Of a stretch of 47,579 bases of DNA, positions 1 to 11,599 are shown piece after piece (the stretch's first letter is position 1; every line of letters begins with the position of its first letter). A model generated the notes under the pieces. It was given only the letters and a program-made list of their open reading frames with translations. It was not told the origin of the DNA and searched no databases. The position numbers and the translations under genes were made by a program. The DNA comes from Octopus bimaculoides (lineage: Eukaryota), in assembly GCF_001194135.2 (NCBI RefSeq), contig NC_068992.1, positions 3,727,005-3,774,583 of the forward strand. Reading direction: 5' to 3'.

Positions 1-27
1 CACACACACACACACACACACACACAC

Positions 28-410
28 TGATCTCGATTATTGCAACTGTCTTAAAGTATTGAAACTCTGTCCTCTCCAACGCCGCCGTGAGTGATTATGA
101 TTTGCACGATGTGGAAAATATACCACCAGCATTGCCCAAACGATTTCAACATTATTTTCAAAATTCATCCAAGGCTAGAACCACGGGCCATACATCCCTT
201 ACCGAATTCACTGCAACACATTTTCTTGTCCTCAACCGGCCCTGCCGTATTTAACATTGTCTCGAAAAGAAGAAAAGGATCCCATCATTTTTAAACGGAA
301 TCTGGACAAATTTCTTTAAGGAATACCAGATAAGCCACCTATACCTAGATACGACTCACTCAGCAAGAACTCCTTACTCGAATGGACCATGATACCATAA
401 AACTTGACTT
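28..410 (+). mobile_element. Decayed 3' end of a CR1/L2-type non-LTR retrotransposon ORF2 (region C-terminal to RT)
   Basis: Manual translation across frameshifts gives DLDYCNCLKVLKLCPLQRRRE / ICTMWKIYHQHCPNDFNIIFKIHPRL / HIFLSSTGPAVFNIV / DPIIFKRNLDKFL*GIPDKPPIPRYDSLSKNSLLEW. This matches the LxLxSLQRRRER ... GPxLFNxLP ... FKxxLDxFL ... PDxP ... NSL C-terminal signature of CR1/L2-like LINEs. Stops and frameshifts are present. Confidence 0.8.
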
Positions 411-503
411 AAAAGGCTCTAGCTAATTCTATCAGGTGGTGCAATTACATTAGACATGGCCTAGACCAATCTTTGGTCGAAATATATCTAAGTTTTATCT
501 AAG

Positions 504-542
<39 letters not shown>

Positions 543-545
<3 letters not shown>

Positions 546-766
546 GAGGAAGTGCTAAAAAGTGCCTGGCTTTAAGGGTGTCGCGATGGGCCTGGTTGGA
601 GGCCCAGGGTTCCGAGTTTTTTTATGGGGCTTAGAAAAACTGAAGGACCGCTTCAATGAATGTGTGAATCTGAGGGGAGGGGAATATTTTGAATAAAATC
701 ATAATTAACTGATCCTCCAGTATTTTCTTTTACCTAAAGCCAGGAACTTTTCAGGACCATCTTGTA
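543..766 (+). mobile_element. Mariner-derived MITE (internally deleted element), copy 1
   Basis: Imperfect ~32-bp TIRs: 543-574 cacgaggaagtgctaaaaagtgcctggcttta and 735-766 taaagccaggaacttttcaggaccatcttgta, ending in TA. The interior encodes GLEKLKDRFNECVNLRG(fs)EYFE*, resembling the mariner transposase C-terminus (KLxxRWxKCVxxxGxYxE). Confidence 0.75.
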
Positions 767-981
767 TATACGAAATTTGGATATTAAAACCCGTACAAAG
801 CTGCACAGGAGAGGAATCACATCCGAAACAATGGATTGTTCTGTCTAACAGCAGGACCTCTAACGTGTATATTTAAACAATAGCTTCATTGAAGTTATAA
901 TGCGATGCTACTAAACTCGATGTGAAGAAAGAAAGACCTCGCCAAAATGAACGGCAGTAAAATAAGAATGTCTTTGAAACA

Positions 982-1041
<60 letters not shown>

Positions 1042-1482
1042 AGTGAAAGCTAGGGTGAGAGGGATGAAGGTGATTAAGAGAGGGAGATGAAGAAAGAAAC
1101 TTTTCATTCTACAAGCTTTGATTTCAACAGTTCTGCTGTAGTTTACACATTTTTTTGACGATGAGTTGTAAAAAGAAGGAAATGTCTTTTTTTTGTCTTT
1201 TTTTTGTCTTTTTTTTTTTACTAAACATCCCACTGCGTAGTAAATCATAATACTGCTGTCTTGAAGAATGACTAATGCTGTATGTGTATCAATAGAAGAG
1301 TATACCAATATCAATAGAGGAGTATATCAATAGAAGAGTATACCAAGCAGAATGTGGCTGATTTATGATACAAACATTTCAGAATTTCAACGGGGAAAAA
1401 AAAAAAATATAAAAATTTCGGGAAGTAAAAGAATTGATTTTATTTTCACTAAATTTAATTCGCATTTCAGTTTCCTTACTTT

Positions 1483-1566
1483 CTCTCTCTCTATATATAT
1501 ACACATACGTATACGCATACATACATACATACATACATACACACACACATATATATATGTGTGTGC

Positions 1567-1608
<42 letters not shown>

Positions 1609-1663
1609 ATATATATGTACACACAGGCAAAACATACACTCTCTCTCTCACACACACACACAT

Positions 1664-1731
<68 letters not shown>

Positions 1732-1977
1732 NNNNNNNNNNNNNNNNNNNNNNNNNNNNNNNNNNNNNNNNNNNNNNNNNNNNNNNNNNNNNNNNNNNNN
1801 NNNNNNNNNNNNNNNNNNNNNNNNNNNNNNNNNNNNNNNNNNNNNNNNNNNNNNNNNNNNNNNNNNNNNNNNNNNNNNNNNNNNNNNNNNNNNNNNNNNN
1901 NNNNNNNNNNNNNNNNNNNNNNNNNNACACACACACATATATATATATATATTTATAATGAATATATATATATATAA

Positions 1978-2019
<42 letters not shown>

Positions 2020-2060
2020 TTTGAAATGGATGCGTCACGTTCAATTAAATAACAATAATA

Positions 2061-2101
<41 letters not shown>

Positions 2102-2150
2102 TATAGATATATAGATACACACACATACACACACATATATAAACGTACAA
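1483..2150. repeat. Compound microsatellite block (TC/TA/TACA/TG/CA) around an N-gap
   Basis: Direct inspection; N-gap at 1732-1926. Confidence 0.95.
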
Positions 2151-2339
2151 ACCAAAGAATGTTTATATATGTACATAGGTGTGTGAATTTGTGTGCGTGT
2201 ATTTGTTTGTAAACATGATACGAGAACGCTGTGTCAGACGTGAGTAAGCAGGGTGTGTTATGTTTAGAAGGAACAACTAAGCGAACTGTATAGCTCTGCG
2301 TGAGGAAATGCTGGTGTTATTTCTGTAGTGTAACATTGA

Positions 2340-3953
<1,614 letters not shown>

Positions 3954-4067
3954 AGGAATGTCACTGAACTATCTGTCCATTCTTTTTCTTTTTTTTTTTT
4001 GTGGTATTTCAAACCTGATTGGAAAGACTAAAACGTCTTCATTGCTTTAGGTGAGAATTTAATGATA

Positions 4068-4131
4068 CAGAATAGTAGAATAATAGAATAGTAGAACAGT
4101 AGAACAGTAGAACAGTAGAATAGTAGAATAG
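4068..4131 (+). repeat. 8-bp minisatellite (AGAAYAGT)n
   Basis: agaatagt and agaacagt units repeated about 8 times. Confidence 0.85.
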
Positions 4132-5556
4132 TGTGTTTGTAGGTTAGGAAAGTTGTCTGTTAACTAGGTTGCGAAAGAATGAACTGGGATGAGCTATCAA
4201 TATCCATTCGGACTACAATGTGCTTTATACACAATGGGACAAATATAGCTCGTGACGTTATCGTCGCCGTCGTCGTCATCACCATCGTCTTTGTCTCTGT
4301 CATCGTCATTGTTGTTGTTGTCACTCACTTTGTCATTGTTACTGTTGTTGTTACCCTTCTTGTTCTTGTTCTTTTTGGCAGCTCCAGACCAACACTGGTC
4401 GAAGAGACTGTGACTCTCAAAAAATCGATCGGACCGCGTAGGAGATAAGAGCAATCCACAGATTTATCGTTCAGGAATCCACCAAACCTGTCTGTTCGAG
4501 GACCGTTCTGGACGTTGTAGAAGTGGTTGCTTTTAATGTTGTTGTTCTTGCTCTGATGATCTGTTTGCAGCCTGGACAGACATACAATCCCTCCCCCTCG
4601 CTCTCTTTTCTCTCCCTCTCTTTTCTCTCCCTCTCTTTGTCTAATCCTCTTTTGTACGTCTTCTGTTGTTGTGGCAAAGTGCTACAATCTGGACAAAGTT
4701 GCAATTGTCTCTTCTCTGTCTAATTTTCTTCTCTCCACCCAATGTTCTCGTTCTCGTTCTCGTCATCGTTGTTGTGATGCAGTGTTACACTCTGGACACA
4801 CATAGACTTCTCATTTTTGTTCTTATTGTTCCTGTTATCCAGATCAGCTCTGATGAAGCAAGCCTCCAGTGAACAAACAACATTACAGCCCTGGGCAACC
4901 CAGAAACTATTTTCTATATTTTATTTTTAGAAACAAAATATCTCAGAGTACATTATCCAGTATGTCTTCCTATAATTTATTTATAGCGACCAAGTATGAC
5001 TGAAAGGATATTTGACTACTATTTCTAGAAAGTTGAACGACCATGTAGAGCATCCTTAATCGTCGCTGTCTTCTTGGCTGGCTGTTTGCCAGTATAACTG
5101 TAGATTCTGATGGTGACGGTGATGGTTAGGGTAATGATGATGGTGGTTGCGATGGCGATGGTGGTGGTGAAGGACGAAGAAGAAAAGCAAGAAAGGAGAA
5201 AAGATTGGTGTTATGTATGACAAGGAATGGCAAGGGACAAAGAAAGGCGAATGCAGTACAATGACTCTATTAACCATCAATGGCGTGCACTCCATCTCAA
5301 TGTTTGGTCAATGACGTTTTTGATACAACAGCTGCTTTCTTTTCTAGTGTTTGAACTGATTGAAAAACAATATTTTAAAGATGGTGTTGCAGTCGTGTTC
5401 TCAGGGTTGTAGACATTCGTGTGTGCTTGGAGAAGGTGGTGGTGAAGAATCTAGCAGGTAGTGAAAGGGTCTAAAAAGGGGCTTGAATTTGTGGTGGCAA
5501 CAAAGTGTATTCCTCGTGTATCCAGGTAGTCCTTTAGTTTTGATATTTTTGCTGTT

Positions 5557-5785
5557 TTCAGGCCTTGTGCCTAGAGTAGAAAAGAATCGTTATTACGTCG
5601 GGCAAAATATTTAGCGGCATTTCGTCCGTCTTCACGTTCTGTGTTCAAATTCCGCCGAAGTTAACTTCGCCGTTCATCCATTCGCGAGGCGAGAAATTAA
5701 GTACCAGTTGCGTACTGAAGTCGATGTAATTGACATACCCCACTCTCTCGAAATTGCTGATCATTTGGCAAAATTTGAAATCAAT
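5557..5785 (+). mobile_element. tRNA-derived SINE type A: tail of one copy plus a 5'-truncated second copy
   Basis: Tail ggccttgtgcctagagtagaaaag, then a body with B-box-like gttcaaattcc, a degenerate core (ttcatccattcgcgaggcgagaaattaagtaccag) and tail caaaatttgaaatcaat. Similar to the fuller copies at 35.1-35.6 kb. Confidence 0.85.
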
Positions 5786-7369
5786 ATTTTCGTTTTGTTG
5801 TGTCGGTGGTCTAAGAAGGGTGTGGTCTGTGTGCCATCTGTGTGCGCCATTTTGTTTTCTTTGTAGTTTGTTCTGGAAAAATATGGATACTCATGTAGGA
5901 CTGGTATGTTTTGCATTGGGGTTTCACCTGATGAAGTCGCAGGGGCACCGTTGAAACAATCATTTTGCATCAGTTTCTAAAATAGAAACGATGAAAGCCA
6001 GTCTTTTACCTTAACTTCCTGCAACAGCATTGGGCTGTTTGGAGAAACCCATCCGAACCTAACTGTCAAGCTGGTTCTAAACTATTGCATAAAATAATGG
6101 TCGTTGTTATAATGGTCGTTATGTGTCAAATTGAGAGCTCATTGTTGTTATTTTCAAACTTATAAACCAGAAGTAGGAAACGAGTTAGAATAGTTCAGTT
6201 CTGAAACTGTTAAAGCTAATGTTAAATATATGGACAATATTGGTTCTTGTTTTTGTTAACACCATGGGTTCAGCGCAAGTTGGAGTTACTCCAGGCGAGT
6301 TTAATCTGGTGCAATAAACCTTAGATACTGGTTTCAAATTTTGTTAGAAATGGATTAAGAGAATCGTAAAACAATCGAAAGCGTTCGACAAAATCAACAA
6401 GTTGTACCCTGTCGCTGCAAACAGTATCACACCTTCTGTTACAAGCAGGTAATATGGTAACCATTTCTGTCTCTCGAGCTGGGTTACAAGAAGATGTTGT
6501 CAATGATCTGGTGTCAACTCCGAGGGAAGAGGCTGTATCGAATTGACTGAATATGCAGTAAAGGATCAATGGCAAATCAATGGCAAATCAATTGGCTTGT
6601 AGATGACAATACGGGTATTATCCAGAATTTGATAGTGAAAGCCGAGGTTAAACATATGAGTCATGACAGACCTTGCTTTGTTGGCATCATCGGTTCAGTG
6701 CAAATTGGAGTTAATCAAGGCGATTCTAATCTGTTGCAATAAACCTTGGATAGAATTGGATTAAGACAAATGAAAAGCGATAGAGGCTGTGTACCTGGAA
6801 ATCGAAAGCCTGACTTTGTCACACCTTACGTCTCACTGAGTCTCTCCATTGAGTATATATCAAGGGCAATGCTGTCATATGGCACAGGCACATTGTGTAG
6901 TGACCCAAAGGGCCTCAGGTTTCTAGGTGTCCAATTCCGATCTATGTATGTTGTGGGTTGTTAAAGGACTCAATGCACTGAGTTACTCGGGGTCCTATTA
7001 TGGTGCTAAGATCTCTCTGAATAAGGGCACAAATGTCAAGGTTAATATTATCCACACAGATTATATGATTCAATGTGAAGGTAGTCGTTCATTCAGTTGA
7101 TCGTAGTACAGGAAGAACAAGCCGTCGAATACGACGGGGATCCGTTTACATTTACTATGCAGGCTACTGATAAACTGCCCTATAATCCATGAAACAAAAC
7201 CAACCCACATGAAAAGAAAAGTAAATTAAGAAGAAACACAAACTTGAAACTCCACTGCTGTCTGCCTGGTATGCTGTGGCCTCGTCTTTCCATTCCATAA
7301 AAGGTTAAGCTACCTACATCGAAGTTCACATATATATCAGTTGCTCAACGTTTCTAGCAGTGAGTCTGT

Positions 7370-7412
<43 letters not shown>

Positions 7413-7422
7413 NNNNNNNNNN

Positions 7423-7490
<68 letters not shown>

Positions 7491-7766
7491 AACTCTCTTT
7501 CTCTCTCGCACGCTCTCTCTTTTTCTAGCTCGTTCCCTCTCTTTGTGAATATACATACATATGTATGTCTTTTGACTTCTGTCTGCGCGTTGTAAATATG
7601 AGTAGATGCGTACGTCTGCTTGATTCGTACAGGTGTACGTCTTGACTTAAGTGCGTCTGTGTGTCTGCGTACGTATCTATCTAACTGCGTGTGTGCATGC
7701 GTGTGTGTGTGTATATATCTATATATATACATATACATATACATGTATACATATACATACATATAA

Positions 7767-7808
<42 letters not shown>

Positions 7809-8398
7809 NNNNNNNNNNNNNNNNNNNNNNNNNNNNNNNNNNNNNNNNNNNNNNNNNNNNNNNNNNNNNNNNNNNNNNNNNNNNNNNNNNNNNNNNNNNN
7901 NNNNNNNNNNNNNNNNNNNNNNNNNNNNNNNNNNNNNNNNNNNNNNNNNNNNNNNNNNNNNNNNNNNNNNNNNNNNNNNNNNNNNNNNNNNNNNNNNNNN
8001 NNNNNNNNNNNNNNNNNNNNNNNNNNNNNNNNNNNNNNNNNNNNNNNNNNNNNNNNNNNNNNNNNNNNNNNNNNNNNNNNNNNNNNNNNNNNNNNNNNNN
8101 NNNNNNNNNNNNNNNNNNNNNNNNNNNNNNNNNNNNNNNNNNNNNNNNNNNNNNNNNNNNNNNNNNNNNNNNNNNNNNNNNNNNNNNNNNNNNNNNNNNN
8201 NNNNNNNNNNNNNNNNNNNNNNNNNNNNNNNNNNNNNNNNNNNNNNNNNNNNNNNNNNNNNNNNNNNNNNNNNNNNNNNNNNNNNNNNNNNNNNNNNNNN
8301 NNNNNNNNNNNNNNNNNNNNNNNNNNNNNNNNNNNNNNNNNNNNNNNNNNNNNNNNNNNNNNNNNNNNNNNNNNNNNNNNNNNNNNNNNNNNNNNNNN

Positions 8399-8547
8399 TT
8401 TGTACATTTACAGATTTTTATTAATGTCACATATTAAATGAAGCGCTTTTCACCTAGTCGTGTAGGTTTTTCAAAAAAACCTACACGACTAGGTGAAAAG
8501 CGCTTCATTTAACATGTGACATTAATAAAAATCTGTAAATGTACAAA
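8399..8547. repeat. 73-bp near-perfect inverted repeat with a 3-nt spacer, abutting an N-gap
   Basis: 8399-8471 is the reverse complement of 8475-8547 with one mismatch. Confidence 0.9.
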
Positions 8548-8609
8548 CATCCAGGTTTCTGAGTACCTTAATTTTTATATATAATTTCTGTACATCACCT
8601 CCAAACCTT

Positions 8610-8649
<40 letters not shown>

Positions 8650-9214
8650 TGCAAAGCTTGCTAGTGCTTGTGTACGCACCAAGTGCTTATGTATTTATAT
8701 TGATGCGTGGGAGTGACATGTATGTCTGTGTTTGCACGAGTGTATCCGTGTGAATGTATGCTAACTTGTGTATATCCTGTATATCTGTGTGTGTATTTGT
8801 AACGTGTTCGTAATGATATTCGCTGCTGTGCTCTCGATGTATGAGTATACGTAAACATTTTGTGTTTTGTATGAAAGTTGTCTTCTAAGATCTGCTTGCC
8901 TGACTGCAGGTCCGTTTATCTGTCCGTCTGTGTGTCTGTTAACGGATGTGGTTGTCTGTCTGCGGCATCTTTGAGTCAAATATACATACCTCAATACCTC
9001 TACAAGCATTTTGGCGTCTGAGAACACCTTAACAAGACAATTGCATCCTTCCGACATCTCTTTCTAACTCCCGCAAACACGGAAACACACACAGACACAC
9101 ACACACGTGTGTATGTATACAGATATATAAGTACCACAGTACTCATTTTGTGTCCATTGAAGGGATTCCTGAAGCAAATCCGGTGGCGCTTACATTTATA
9201 TTGTTGATGGCATT

Positions 9215-9800
9215 AGGTAGCCTATTGCAGTGGAATACTGCGTGGAGTTAGCTAGAGAAGATATAGGATTCCTATGTAGGTAATAGTGAAAGTTTATTAA
9301 AAGCTGCTAGAATCACAGCAAGACATAGAGAAATCAAAACTTCAAACGAACTTAAAAACCAGTAAAAAGATAGGAATAGAACCTGGCAATGGCTGCAGAA
9401 AGGAGATTCAAAAGGGCCCACTGAGGCATTAGTGTGCAGCACTCAAGAATAAGCTCTCAGAACAAACTACTCCAAATATCACATGGATAAAAGCACTGAC
9501 TTGCCACAGTGTAGGAAGTGCTCTGAGAAGGGAGAAAATATCAGTCATATTTTTAGTGAGTGCTGTAAGTTAGTACAACACAAATACAAAAGGAGACACC
9601 ACAATGTGGCCAGATATGTCCACTGGCTGTTGTACGGTAAAGCAAACCTTGAGGGAGACGAACAATGGTATGAACACAAGCCAGAGGGAGTAATGGAAAA
9701 CGAGCATTACAAAATACTCTAGGATTTTAACATACAGTGCGACCAAGTCATAGAAGTGAGACAACCAGATATCGTGCTCATCCATAAAGATGAAAAGATG
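9215..9800 (+). mobile_element. Decayed R4/Dong-type non-LTR retrotransposon fragment (post-RT region, CCHC knuckle, start of the restriction-like endonuclease)
   Basis: Translation gives IAVEYCVELA / SYVGNSESLLKAAR / TWQWLQKGDSKGPTEALVCSTQE*ALRTNYSKYHMDKSTDLPQCRKCSEKGENISHIFSECCKLVQHKYKRRHHNVARYVHW...WYEHKPEGVMENEHYKIL*DFNIQCDQVIEVRQPDIVLIHKDEK. It contains the QEQALxTN motif, a CxxC-x7-H-x4-C knuckle, an RHN-type motif and the (R)PD motif of RLE-clade elements. Confidence 0.9.
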
Positions 9801-9824
9801 AAAAAGAAGCACAGATAATGAACG

Positions 9825-9970
9825 TGCCTCTAGGCTTCCTCAGAGGGTCTAGGTGGTTGGGAGGGCCAACACATAAAAAAACCCAGTTAATAATAGCTAC
9901 AGTGTGTTTGTCTTTTTTATATGTGTTAACCCTCCCAACCATCTAGACCCTCTGAAGAAGCCTAGAAGCA
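9825..9970. repeat. ~56-bp imperfect inverted repeat (spacer ~32 nt) containing CTGARGAAGCC-TAGA-RGC words
   Basis: 9825-9880 versus the reverse complement of 9913-9970, about 5 differences. Confidence 0.85.
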
Positions 9971-9999
9971 CATTCCTTATCCGAGCCTTACCTGCTCAT

Positions 10000-10720
10000 C
10001 CCTACATAACACTGAAGAGATGGAGATAACCTGGAAGATTTGGTTGCCTCTTGGCAGAAACGGCCGTAAGGAACTAGCACCTACACACCCATTCGGTTTT
10101 ACTGACAATCTGTTCATTTAGTGATTTGCTCATTTACTCAATTAATCACCCGTTCCCGTATGATAATATGCTTCCACACACTTGTTTTTGCATTTACCAA
10201 CTCTTTCTATTTGATAATCTATACCACTAATACACATGTATGTATTCATCTAATACGTTGGAACAAATAGACATACTGGAATGTTTCCCGGCTGACGTCT
10301 GTCGATTTTATATCCTCTCCACTTTCTTATTTGCCGTATAAATCAAGAGTAAACCACTTTTTGCCTCCCCCTCCATATATATATATATATATATATATAT
10401 ANNNNNNNNNNNNNNNNNNNNNNNNNNNNNNNNNNNNNNNNNNNNNNNNNNNNNNNNNNNNNNNNNNNNNNNNNNNNNNNNNNNNNNNNNNNNNNNNNNN
10501 NNNNNNNNNNNNNNNNNNNNNNNNNNNNNNNNNNNNNNNNNNNNNNNATCTAAATGTATGTACCACATACATACATACATACATACGTAGATGCATAAAT
10601 ATGCATATAGAACGTAAAACTTTGTCGCTTTAGTTTCCCCTTTTTAACTTCTTGAAGAAGTTGTCTGTCGAAGCGTCAGAGGTTCCTCTCCCCACAAGTT
10701 CACTCTACTCTTTTTTATTG
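10000..10720 (+). mobile_element. Probable Penelope-like element terminal-repeat fragments around an N-gap
   Basis: Degenerate hammerhead-core words: ctgaagag...gaaacg at about 10012-10063 and cttgaagaag-ttgtctgtc-gaagcgtc-agag at 10651-10681. No PLE RT or GIY-YIG coding sequence is visible, so the family call is inferential. Confidence 0.4.
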
Positions 10721-11599
10721 ATAGTATTATATCATTTCATATACTTTACTATACTCTACTATATGTAGTATAATACGCGCGCAAAGTGGCACACATTCAC
10801 ATCCACAAAAAGATAGTATGCTTTGTGTATTTACTCGCTGTTGCGCTAAGGACGTAGTGTATTAGTAGGAAACTGTGAAAAGCCAAGCAAAGAATGAATG
10901 AAGGTCAGTAGAAGGAGTAAGATTATTGTGAGTGACAGAATGAGGTGTTTATGCGTCACGCTTTACTGGCAGCAGACAGGTGGAAAATATGAGAGCATTA
11001 AAAGGAGTGTGAATAGTAAGAAGAGATGAAACAAGGAGTAGTTGGTATCACTGACAGCTGCATTTTCCGATGAGTAATTTGCGGCCAGTCCTTCAAATTA
11101 GAGCTTTCGACTTTCGTACTTCTCAGTCTTTCAGACTCAGTTAAATGATATCTGTAATTCAATTTCTGTATCTTAAAATTTCGGCTATTCGCACAGATTT
11201 TATTGAACAGCATTAAACCTAAGAAATTTATGCTTTTGTCAATTTTTATGAACACAGAGTCATAAGATTCCCGAATAAATATAATTATATATATTGTGTG
11301 TAAACATTGCCTTTGTAGTGGCTGCAATAAAATCGTTTATTGACGAAGATTAATAAACGCAAGATCATCTACATAAATGGATTACTGTCTCCGCAGATGG
11401 AAATCAATGAGCAAGCCCTATATTTCTGTAGAAAATTTTCAATTCATATTTGCGAACAATTAATGCAGTGACAGTTATTTACCGTATGGCACCATTACAC
11501 AAAATCAGCTTTGAAGACTTTCATAGTTTGGGGAATTTTTTTTATTACATATTACCCTAATAAAAATGCATGAGATATAAACGTGATAATGCTCATTTC

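Noticed and set aside
4455-4490. DRFGGFL on the minus strand as an opioid- or nociceptin-like neuropeptide
   Set aside because: Single occurrence, with no dibasic cleavage sites, no signal peptide and no Met-initiated precursor.
5925-5960. CTGATGA...GAAAC as a hammerhead ribozyme
   Set aside because: Stem II barely pairs, and there is no stem I complement after the putative cleavage triplet.
7090-7195. EEQAVEYDGDPFTFTMQATD as a cadherin or protocadherin fragment
   Set aside because: The resemblance is limited to a few residues. There are no DxD, LDRE or DxNDN motifs, and the frame is closed by stops on both sides.
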